Assembly (NCBI GenBank): GCA_946965045.2
Contig: OX337232.1
Coordinates: 1,674,001-1,738,000, forward strand
Length of the DNA stretch: 64,000 bases
Direction of reading: 5' to 3'
From: Epithemia pelagica
Taxonomy: Eukaryota; Protista; Bacillariophyta
Shown: positions 24,229-34,442 of the stretch, piece by piece
How the letters are laid out: every line of letters starts with the position of its first letter
Position numbering within the stretch: position 1 is the stretch's first letter
Notes under the pieces: model-generated
Database searches by the model: none
What the model was told of the DNA's origin: nothing
The model's input: only the letters and a program-made list of their open reading frames with translations
Translations under genes and position numbers: made by a program

Positions 24229-27200
24229 CTCCCCACAACTCGTCGTTTCAGCCTTGTCATCATTGGATTTGTTGAGGTCTTGAACTTCTCCTTTCCAAAA
24301 CAACAATGGCTTGAGCATGGGCCAAATAGATACAAAATCCCAATGTTTGCTAAGGATATCGGCAGGGTTGGTCTTTCCATCTTTCCAGTAGAATGCAACA
24401 TACTTTGCTGCGATGGCTTCACGAACTCGGTGGTATGACAGAAGATGGTGTCTCTTGGATAGTATGGAATGAGGAACGGTTGCATTGAGCACAACAGATC
24501 TGTTATCTCCGTACATGTAACTTCGCTCTCGGATAGGTACTCCAAGGTAGCGGAGGGAATGTCGTAATTCTGTAATCTGATCTATTGCTGTCCTTGCAGC
24601 CACAAACTCGGATCCATAGGTAGCAGTTTCCACCGTGCTCTGCCTCTTGCTGTACCAGTCAATAGGTGTTCCGTTCAACAAATGTAGAACAGCAGTGACG
24701 GATTTACCAGTGACTATGTCATGCATGAGATTGGCATCAACATAATGAGTTGTGGTAACATAACGGCCAAGAGGTGTTGGGCAGTCTTCAGGAATACGTT
24801 CACTTGCATTCGAATAGACAGTGCGAGTCCAATCAAATTCTTGGGTAGGAAGACTTGAATAATCAGGCTCTCCAATCCTTAATCTGATTGCGCCTTCTGG
24901 GAGATGTGCAAGGTATCCATAGATACGCTTGGCTCTATCAAGATGTCCTTTCCTCGGAGCAGCACGAAAGCGTGATAGCGTCATTGTAGCGGTGAAGACG
25001 TCGAAACGACCAATAGTGATCACCCATTGGAGTTGTCCAATCAGAGTTTGGAAATGGCTAGTACCTTCTTCATCAAGGAGCTCAGAATCATCCAATTCAG
25101 GATGGTCTCCACCAATAAGAGGTGTTTTGGCTTTCTTGGGTTTCTCCTTGAAGATTCGTTCGAAAGTGTCCATCATCTTACCAATGTAGCGTCTTGGATC
25201 TGCTACTAATGTTCCATCAGAATCCTTGGTGTAACAACATCCCAAGTGGAAATCAATAGGTCCATCTCCTTTGAGTTTGAAGTTGTATTTCTCCTTCAGG
25301 ATCTTGCAGATATTCCCAGGATCAGTAGAAATAATGGCTAAGTCATCAACGTATACGGCAATGTATTCGTAACAGTCTTCTCCAGGTGCTTTCCTCATCC
25401 AGATATCCGGATCTGCTTTGCTTGGTGAAAATCCCATGTCTGTCAAAACATCGAATAAGACATCATGCCAGGGTGCGCCTGATGACTTCAATCCATAAAG
25501 TGCCTTGTATATAATCAGGATGTGACCTTCTAATTCCTTGAATTCAGGTCCTGCGACAATGAAAATTTTCTCCCCTGTCAAGGCTTCCAGATATGCGTTC
25601 CCAATATCTGCTCCCCATATTTCCAAGTCATTCAAAGTACCCAGGAATAAGGCAATGCGGAGGTTGCGAATGGAAACAACACCTGAATAGATTGTCTCAA
25701 CAGGTTCTTTTGTGAGATGTCCATCTGCGACAAGTCTTGCTTTATGTCGTCCATCATGTTTTACGTCAAAGACAAGATGTACACGTATCTTATGATATCC
25801 TTCAGGTGCATTGGATACTTTCCCTTTAATGAAGATGGCTTTCCCAAAATCCTTGAATGTCTTGTAGGACTGGATCTGTGACAATTCTAATTCTGTTGCA
25901 TCCTGCCACTTTGTGTTGCCATGTTGTTTATCAAGAGCGACAGCTTCCTCATAATTGCGTGGTACTTGGTATCCAAACTTATACTTGACGGAACGGTGAA
26001 CTTGTTTAATCCTTGACTGTTTGGCTGCTCGAATGAGACGTTTGCTTGTTTTGACGTAACGTTTCAAATGCTTCCATCCAGGTTTGTTGAGTAAATCATG
26101 TTTCTTTCCATAAATTGCTACAGTGATCGGATCATCATTGGCAATGAGTGATAAAGGTTCATAGGTAGTCTCCCCAGTTTCCCAATCAACAAGCAAATTA
26201 TATTTGCTCCCCTTGTAATCTGGATCAGTTGTGTTCAGTGGGCCTTGATGGGCAATGACGTCCCTGAACCTGAAAAGATTATCTCCAGAGGTTTGAGCTT
26301 GGTTATCTCGTTCGATATACTCCATGAGTTGATTATAGGATATCATCTCATCAACATCAGAATTTGTCTTTCGGTAGATGTACTTGACACGTTCTTCCTG
26401 TTTCGTTGCTTCTTCATTAAGATCAATGACTCGTTTGATGACACGTGCACGGTGTCGCTCCCCATTTTCTTCTGTGTCGCATAGGAATGTGCGTCCTATC
26501 ATGTCGTCAAAATCGATCGTGGGCATTGGTTTGGATGGATCTTCACTATCACTGCGAATGAAGACAGTGTCAGCTTGCTTATCATTGTCATCCTTCTCAG
26601 ACGAATCCTCCCCTGAAGGTCGATCCACACGTAGGTTAGGTGTAGTGGATTCAACACGGCAAACGGCAGAACGGTAGATGATCTGGTTATCCTGGGTGAG
26701 AATCTTCCAAGTAAAAGAATCACCAACGTTGTGAGCAAAACCAACCCAGTGGCCAAGTTTCTCATCAGAAGAAGATGGATATGAACCGGAATTGGGTTCA
26801 GCGGGGTCGACACGGTAGTAAACCTCATCCCAGAAAGGAAAGAACAAGAGATGAGTAATGTCGGGTGGGCGTCCGGAGAGAGCCTCAAGAGGAGTGCGAC
26901 CGGAATGGGTGGGTGATGATGTATGGTTCAATAAGTCACAGACATACTCAAGGCAAAGAAGCCAGGTGTTGGCAGGGCAACCAGTGGCATTCATGAGAGC
27001 GTTGGTCATACGTTTAACGGTCTGGTAACGGTTTTCAGCCTTATTCTGGTGTTGATGATAAGGTTCGGATCGATACTCCCCAATAAGCAAAGTGCAAAGA
27101 ATGTCTTTGACCTTTTGAGAGATGAGAGATGAACCACCATCACTGATAAGAGTCTCCATGGCACCACGAAAACGGATGTTGTCCTGAAGAGTATTGACAA

Positions 27201-29910
27201 ACTGTTTGGTTGACTTGATCCCATAGATATCAGTAACCAGAGTATCTCAACCAACAAAGATTTGTGCAACTTTACCACCATGGTCAACAGCAGGGGTGTC
27301 GGAGAAAACCGAGTCAGTAGCAACGGGTTCATGGCGTCGAGGTATATTAAGGACCGGATTGCGAGCCTTGAAATGTTTCTTGAGGGTGTCGTGGTCAAAA
27401 GTAATGCTACCATTACGTGTAGTGTGCTTGAACGTATCGGCAATAACATCTTCAGATTACCAACCAAAGAATGGACGGAACTTCTTCCAGTCATACGCTT
27501 CCTGGTAACGACGGTGGACAGAGGCATGAAGTGTAGGATCATTACCTTCTGCGTCAGCATAGATAGAAAAGAAGGGTGCGTCGTCAGGTCCATGATCGTA
27601 TGGGAGATCCAAAAGGAGATTGAGGTTACAAACAACACGATCAGTGTACTCCCCATAGTTGTCATATGGATGGTTCGACATACTACCATCAGTCTTGACG
27701 TGTTTCCAATCAGGATCATTGTCAGAGGGTGTGGGAGAATACGAATGGTCCAGAACACCAGGATCCCATGTGTCGGGTGACGTGAAGATGATCTGAGGTA
27801 AGGTATCCATGTCATCGTCGCTGGGGATACCCAAGGAGTGGATGTAGGCTAACCCATCCTTGATGTGAAGGGGTATAGCACGACCATCAAGTGTAGTGAT
27901 GCGTTGTTTACCATCAACTTTAACAGATCGTTCATCAACAGCAAGTCCGAAATGCTCGAATTGACCAGGAGCATGGATAGATAAGCCCTTTCCATAATAA
28001 GCATATTCATTGAAGATGCCAACAATAGGTCCATCATTGGTCTCAAACTTTGCGGCACATGTGACGACAGGAAGTCCAGTAAGTTCATGGTGATCAATAC
28101 CCACAATAGTGATATGGCGGCCAGTCTTAGAGAGAATGCGCATGTCAGAACCAGCAAGTCCTCCATTAGCACCACGGTCAATCAATTGATTTCCTGGTAA
28201 AGTAGATTTCCTGGAAAACAAATAGCGTGGAACATGTCCTGCTTGTTTATGCATGTTGGCTTTGAAAGTAACCTTCTTGCTCGTCTTGGACTTGGCGTTA
28301 GAAAGAACACTAGTCAGGTCAGTTGCCGGGTGATTGATATCAGTCGTCATGGCTTGGTTGATAAATTGTGTAACCGGATCTGAATCATCTGGATGCTCAG
28401 GGACTACGCCAGGTGAGTCGTCATCAGATGCAACTTGGTTGGGGTCAGGATCAGGTTCCGGATCAATGTCGAGGGCATGTGTTTGCACTTTCCTCGGTGT
28501 TGTTGATGAAGGTGTTTGAATCATTTTGTTATACTCAATGATCAACTTGCGATCTTCTTCAGAAAGTTTGAACCATAGGTCACGCGGTAGACTAACCTTG
28601 GACGAAGAGGATGGAGATTCAGATGTCGCTGTGGTGTTGTGGACATGATACTCCATATCATCTTGTGAGGTTATGTCAGCATCTGTATCTTGGCCATATA
28701 GTGATTCATGTTGTTTGACATGTCGACGGCAACTATGAACAGATGACTGGGTTGCTTGATCATGGTCATAAGCTGCGTCTAGAAGGAGACGGAAGTATGA
28801 TTGATAGCAAAGGGATTTTGCACCGGATTTGGTGTTCACCACATTATCCAAGATCTTGACTCGGCGGAGATCAGGTACCTTTTCTACAGCTTGCATGAGG
28901 AAGGTCATCCTGGTATGATCAGGGATGCAATCAGACAATGTCACTAGATTGTCTAGCAAACGTAGCTGCTCTTGAAAGTGTAGAAGAAATTGACGTGTTG
29001 TTCCGCGCCATGTGTCGTCAAGACGTAGATTGGAAATGTAGTTGGTTAAACGGAGGACTTCTTGCTTTGCTAGGTCGGATTCGGTATGCAAAGAGTGTAA
29101 CTTCTGCAATACGGCACGCGCATCTTCATCATGTTCATGTTCACGTACATAGGCTCGACCTTGGTCAGTCTGAATGATACGGACAAGAACAGAGTAAAGA
29201 AATACTTGTTGCTCTTGAAAAAGTTCTTCGGCATACTCATCATCATGGGGTGGTGTGTATTTGAAATTCAGAACGTTGGATAGGCCTTGAGCCTTAGCTG
29301 TAGTCTTGAATACACGCCAGAATGAATCGTAGTATCGTTCATCCTTGAATACCTCATATGCAGTTGCGTCGCGCTTAGTTCCCTTTCTGAATGCGGTAAG
29401 GTCTTGTTGAGATTGGGATGCGGCAGTAACTGTGCTGACAGATTTCACAGATGACGGTGACTTCATTGGCGAGACTGGGACTTGGCTAGGTGGTCCCTTA
29501 GAGAAATCTGTGTTGATCCTCCAAGTGTTGAACTCTTTCCTCGTTAGATTCATCCAGTCGCTATTGGATAGCTCGTCTTGAATTTCATTGGTCTTGTATA
29601 TGGCCCAATAAGCCAAGAGCTTGATCTGCTGTCTTGTGGGGCCTTGTAGATCATGTGTCTGTTTGTTGACCTTGTATTGTGTCAGTTCCTTCATGGATTC
29701 CTCGGTATTAGTTTGCATATACGAGATAACATGGGTAATGTTCTCAAAACCATGGTATTTCATCCACTTCATTAAGAAGTCGGCCCTTTCTTTGGTAAAG
29801 AATTGGCAGACAGTAAATATGATGTGGTCGAATAGGTCTGTGTCCGAGATATTGTCTTGGTTATCTTCTCCCTTAGGAGTCGTAGGTGTCTTGGGTGATT
29901 GAGAATCCAT
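24223..29910 (-). pseudogene. Single-frame gag-pol with two premature stops
   Basis: Protease LIDRGANGG, integrase SEPYHQHQNKAENRYQTVK, RT YIAVYVDDL, RNase H HYVDANL and ATYGSEF. In-frame TAA at 27457-27459 and TGA at 27247-27249; the frame is open between them. Confidence 0.92.
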
Positions 29911-30230
29911 GGTGTTATTTGGTTGGTTCGATGTTTATTTAATGTGCGGTGTGATGTGGTTTATTTAATGTGTGATGTGATGTGAACCCGGATGTACCAC
30001 GTGTGCCACGTATGTACCACGTATGTGATACCCGGATGTGTGTTGTGATGTGCGACTCCTGGAAATTTCCGTTGATTCCGACAAATTTTCGCCGAGTTTC
30101 AACAAATTTTCGCCGAATTTTCGCGATTTGACGGGAATGTGTGGCGTGTTGTGCGACCAAGGGTACCCGGATGTGCGTTGAGTTTAAGTCTTGGAAAGGT
30201 TTTGAGAGGACGGGAGTTAACTATGAGTAA

Positions 30231-31010
30231 TTAAGCTTCGGTCTCCGAATCCCCACTCTCTTCCGAATAATCAGAGTCGTTTCCAGGCTCAGATGGGGCA
30301 GCACAAGCAACAGAAGAAGGGGTATCACCTTCAGCCAGGTGGTTCTCGACCTCGGTACGCAAAGGGAAGATAGTTGCACGATGGTCCTCGATGGTATGGA
30401 CCTCGTGGATGTAGGCAACGTAGTTATCTAGGCGTACAACGTTAGGAGGCAGAGGGCAAGTCGTCGCGTTCACGACGTGGATGGTATTGTAGTATCCAGT
30501 TGGGCGCTTGAAGGTTAGGAAGCGGAGGTGGACAGTACGGATGGGGTTGCCCGAGAGGGCGGCCAAGATGAGGCGACGCCTCGGAGAACGATGAAGTTGG
30601 TCGTTCAGACGGTCAATGTCTTCTTGGTCGACGATGTGGGTCACCGATTGGAACTGACGTTCGATCTGGGTCTCCCCACGGATGATCTCGGGATCGAAGG
30701 TCGAACAAGTTGGTTGACGGAAGTACTTGATATGATCAGCAATCAACCGGGTGGTACGACGGGATCGAGAAGGGACGAGCCGACAAGGCGGACTCGGGGG
30801 CCGAAGCAACGGCGCAGGGATCGGAGCGTGAGGCTGGGTTGGAGTCTCGAATGGGTTGCTGTTGGAACTGTCGACGGAGATGTTGACCGATGTGTTGGCT
30901 GCCTTCGGCGTCGGCACCAGTTCCTGCTGCACCAGGGTATCGGGCTGCCCGGGATGCAGTTTGGCTCGATAGATCTGTCGTACAGGAGTGATAAGCTCGT
31001 TAGTATCCAT
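30231..31010 (-). CDS. Extra 259-aa ORF between PBS and gag of copia 2, function unknown
   Basis: ATG 36 nt downstream of the LTR, sense to gag-pol, uninterrupted. Confidence 0.6.
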   Translation of the reverse strand: MDTNELITPVRQIYRAKLHPGQPDTLVQQELVPTPKAANTSVNISVDSSNSNPFETPTQPHAPIPAPLLRPPSPPCRLVPSRSRRTTRLIADHIKYFRQPTCSTFDPEIIRGETQIERQFQSVTHIVDQEDIDRLNDQLHRSPRRRLILAALSGNPIRTVHLRFLTFKRPTGYYNTIHVVNATTCPLPPNVVRLDNYVAYIHEVHTIEDHRATIFPLRTEVENHLAEGDTPSSVACAAPSEPGNDSDYSEESGDSETEA

Positions 31011-31026
31011 GAAACCACAAGGAAAT

Positions 31027-31046
31027 AAGCTTTGAGACTGTTAATC
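31027..31046 (-). other. Primer-binding site of copia 2 (tRNA-Asn anticodon-arm complement)
   Basis: The plus strand reads TGAGACTGTTAATC directly against the LTR; 15 nt are identical to the PBS of copia 1. Confidence 0.65.
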
Positions 31047-31829
31047 TGTTACAATTCTTTTTGAATCGTAGGGACATTGATGCTCGGTAGAGCAGACAAT
31101 CAGGTAGGTCACCAACCGATACAAGCTTCTCAGGGTCAGAGAAGCAAGCAAGTCGAAGTCTATCAGAAGGATAGTCGGGACACAAAAGAAGATGTGATAA
31201 ATGGTGATATTGTTAGATTGTGTGTTGATTACTACGATAGGTCTACGTGAAATGTTCGGTCCTGCCAAGGGTCATGTATCATAGGTTCTTGGCGGCAACA
31301 GGTTTGGAATAGTTGGAGTCAATTCATGTGATGTATATGACATGTATATGTGGACGGATAACATATACAGGGTCAACAGCTCTTGCTTTGGGTTGGCATA
31401 GTTGTTTTCATGGCGCGCAGCTTGTTGACAATTTGGAGATTGTGGGAATGGAAATATGGTCTCGCGTGATCGTGTGTCGTGCTTGGGATACTTAGACCGT
31501 TGGGTCGGATAGATGCCGACAGCGCTCGGATGTTGCTTGGGCGCGCTCGATGATTTCGGGCGCGTACGCTTAGGGCGTTAGTATAATGTCCGAGCAACGG
31601 CCAAATTTACGTCCGTTGTAATACCGCACGACCCAGTTTAGTCTTGAGAGTGAGTTCGTCAATCTATTCTCACTTTTCATGATTTGCGAAGAAATATAGG
31701 TCGATATAGCGCGAAGCTAGGGAACATAGCTCGAAGCTAGATGGCATGATGCGATAGCACGAGGCTATGTGACATGGGGAATCGATGAGATGTAGAATCT
31801 AACCACCATAGACGGTGAGAATTCTAACA
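31047..31829 (-). repeat. 5' LTR of copia 2
   Basis: Minus strand TGTTAGAATTC...TGTAACA. A central block is shared with the copia 1 LTR. Confidence 0.95.
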
Positions 31830-32922
31830 TCCGTTTCGTCTCCCCGCCCACGATCTGTACTGCTCCTGCTTGTCCTGCGGCTGCTGCTTGTCGGCAAATG
31901 ATGCGGCCAGGTTCCGACATCATAACCAATGGTAAAGGCAGCCGATGGACACGAGGTCAAATACGAGGCTGTGGAAGAAACAATCCTTGAGTTAACGGAA
32001 TGGGGCTTGTCGTCGTCCTCCTCTAAATCACGTTCTGGATGTGCATGTGTTGGAGGTCGTTTCTTGGCATAATTCCAAACATAGAAGCGACTAGCAGTAC
32101 TCGAGGAACGATTCTCTGGAATGTCCTGTTGGTTCTTCTTTTTCTTCTTGCTGGTGTGCTGTTGTCGCTGGTGATGGTAGTTGTTTGGATGCAACCCTCC
32201 GTGCTTGTTTCCGTGATTGTTGCATTCGTAGATTGGGCACAGCCTCGGGCACGACCATTTTTCGTCCAGTCGTGGTCGTTGTGGCCGCTCGTCAATAATG
32301 ACGCTGTGTGACTCAACGTTTGTCGCATGGCGGAAGGAGAAGAACGACCACGCGATCTTCGACTGCCACCACAGCTCCACGGTATCCACTCGAAGCAGCA
32401 GCAGCACCGCCACCATTGTCGCCGACAACAGAAGCTGTGTCGTCGTCTTCTGACAGATACTTCCTTGATGCTTCAAAACCACCCGTCTGATTGCCGTGTT
32501 TCAATTTCCGGGTCGTCCATCATTCCTTGACCCGAATTGAATCTTTCTCCGTCGTTCCTCCGTTGAGATCTTTATCTTTCCATCGTTATCTTTCTCCATT
32601 GTTGATATTCTTGTCACGACTTTCCCTCATCACTCATCAAACTGGAAGACATTGCAAATGTAGTTGTAGCTCGATCAAACTATCCAACTCATTGCCGCCC
32701 TTTTCAACCTTCACGGTACACTCCATTCTGAGGCATGCTTGATGGTCGGAGGAGTGCTAGCACCTTTCGTTGGAGGTGCACTGCGGCTTTACTGTTCATG
32801 GTGATGGTGGTGCTATTAGCTATTATGCATTGGTGCGATCGTGAGCCGGGAGCTCGTAACGTCATTCAACGTCAAATTACAGGCATCGACAGAAAAATGG
32901 CTTGTAGAGGTCATAGATTGAT

Positions 32923-33212
32923 GGTTGGGAGTCTTACATTATTACTAACGATACGTCAAGGGTGAGTCGCCACTCACATTTTACGCGGTTGGAGGTGCAC
33001 CTCCAAATCATACCATGACTGACCATTAAAATAATCATTGCTATATCATTGCCATATATATTTAACCGTTTTATCAACCGCCATGTTTGCTCAATTGTAC
33101 TTTTTACTCTATTGTCCGTCCGTTTTCGGTACAGCTGGTCTTTCTGGAAATTCCCACCCCAGACCCCAAGCCTTACGGCCCACCCGTCCCGTTCATACTG
33201 AACTCAGACGAA
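32923..33212 (-). mobile_element. Helentron 5'-terminal region (copy A)
   Basis: High identity to the 50350-50786 and 53233-53669 repeats over about 32970-33212, weaker further left. On the minus strand it begins TT-CGTCTGAGTTCAGTAT. Confidence 0.75.
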
Positions 33213-33320
33213 TACTCCAACCTACATCTCATGACAGACAACGGACAAAGTCATCCGATGGTATCCCCGTATCTGTATCTTGGTATCTTGGATCTTGGGG
33301 TCCTTATCTTCTGCGGAACC

Positions 33321-34442
33321 ATGGCATTCCAAGCCCCGTCAAGAGTCCTGGTGGCAGGAGCAGGAGTGATTGGTCTGCGAACAGCGATAGAACTTGCGAG
33401 GAGAAATGTAGAGGTTGTTCTTCGCGCACCCCATGATCCTGTCCAAGAGTCATGTTCTGTGGTTGCTGGTGGTTATTGGATGCCGTTTCACTGCGATGGT
33501 CCTAGCGTTGAGAAATGGGCTTTGGAAACCCTGGATGAATTGCACCATTTCGCGCAATCTCAGTCAGACCTCGTTGAAATTGTGCCTGCTGTTATTTTCT
33601 ACCGTGGGCGCCCTCAGGAAGCTCCATCTTGGACAAAACATCCTCGGCTCGATTTCCAGCATTTAACTGTTGAAATGATGGCATGGCAGAATGAGGTCCA
33701 CAGACTTAAGTTACCTCCTCTAAATGAGCTGAAAGAGGCGGGATACCTCCATTCGTGGTTTTTCCGCTCTGTCGTCGTCAATACACCAGCGATGCTGAAT
33801 CATTTTCTCAACGAACTCACTTCAGTTCACGGCGCCGATGTGGATGTGCAGAGTGGAACAACGTTTCAGTCCTTGGAACACTTGCAAGATTCAGCCAGCG
33901 AGATGGATTGTCAAATGGTCATCAATTGTACTGGCTTAGGGGCCCGGGAGGTTGTACCCGATCCCGATGTTGTGCCCGCACGAGGTGTTTTGTTGCATTT
34001 CGACCGAGATGCTTGCGTGCGGCGCTCTCCCGTGGCTCACGGTTCGTATGGACCAAATTCTAATGACGTTGTAATATCCGTATTTGAAGAACCGTGGGCG
34101 AGTGAAACTCAGCCAGCATACCTTATCCCTCGAGGGTCGTCCATCGTGGTTGGTGGAACCTACCTCGAAGGTGACGAAGAAACCTTGGTTCGTGACGCCG
34201 AACGAAAGAAGATTTTAAAGAACGCAGAAATGCTTGGTATCGACCTGGACTCAGTAGCTATCAAACATGAGTCGGTTGGATTTCGACCGTACCGGTCACC
34301 CGTTCGCTGTGAGTTTGATAAGAGTGGCACAGTGAGTGATCGCATTCCAATCTTCCATAGCTACGGATACGGGGGCAGTGGATGGACTGTTGACGTGGGT
34401 GCGGCCCGTGAATGCGCCGATAGAGTACTTGGTCGTCAATAG
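33321..34442 (+). CDS. DAO: D-amino-acid / D-aspartate oxidase family flavoprotein
   Basis: VLVAGAGVIG FAD motif, INCTGLGA, SVGFRPYR, HSYGYGGSGWT. Likely start ATG 33321. Confidence 0.88.
   Translation: MAFQAPSRVLVAGAGVIGLRTAIELARRNVEVVLRAPHDPVQESCSVVAGGYWMPFHCDGPSVEKWALETLDELHHFAQSQSDLVEIVPAVIFYRGRPQEAPSWTKHPRLDFQHLTVEMMAWQNEVHRLKLPPLNELKEAGYLHSWFFRSVVVNTPAMLNHFLNELTSVHGADVDVQSGTTFQSLEHLQDSASEMDCQMVINCTGLGAREVVPDPDVVPARGVLLHFDRDACVRRSPVAHGSYGPNSNDVVISVFEEPWASETQPAYLIPRGSSIVVGGTYLEGDEETLVRDAERKKILKNAEMLGIDLDSVAIKHESVGFRPYRSPVRCEFDKSGTVSDRIPIFHSYGYGGSGWTVDVGAARECADRVLGRQ

Larger units (their letters stand above)
23446..31829 (-). mobile_element. Full-length Ty1/copia (CoDi-like) LTR retrotransposon, 8384 bp
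   Basis: 783-bp LTRs, TSD TCCGT (23441-23445 and 31830-31834), PPT at 24229-24234, PBS at 31027-31046, domain order Gag-PR-IN-RT-RH. Confidence 0.97.
22288..32482 (-). pseudogene. Hypothetical gene split by copia 2 (32482-31830 + 23440-22288), with two further in-frame TGA stops
   Basis: Excising the element and one TSD gives in-frame GDETD/AVTGSLSW. The frame continues into ORF 22288-22767 across TGA codons at 22906-22908 and 22855-22857. The true start is uncertain. Confidence 0.6.
14314..33212 (-). mobile_element. Putative composite non-autonomous Helentron with captured gene cargo and two nested copia elements
   Basis: 3' end at 14314 and 5' end at 33212 on the same strand. About 5.1 kb remains after removing both copias. 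The flanking genes are head-to-head. The pairing of these two ends is inferred. Confidence 0.5.

Noticed and set aside
27006-27815. 269-aa ORF as evidence of a programmed frameshift between gag and pol
   Set aside because: Gag and pol are already in one frame, interrupted by two stops; this ORF is an alternative-frame overlap.
31033-31046. tRNA-Asn gene
   Set aside because: Only an anticodon-arm fragment with no acceptor stem or T-arm; explained as a PBS.
33087-33320. N-terminal extension of DAO in the ORF track
   Set aside because: It is read through from the Helentron 5' repeat; the same peptide appears at 53544.
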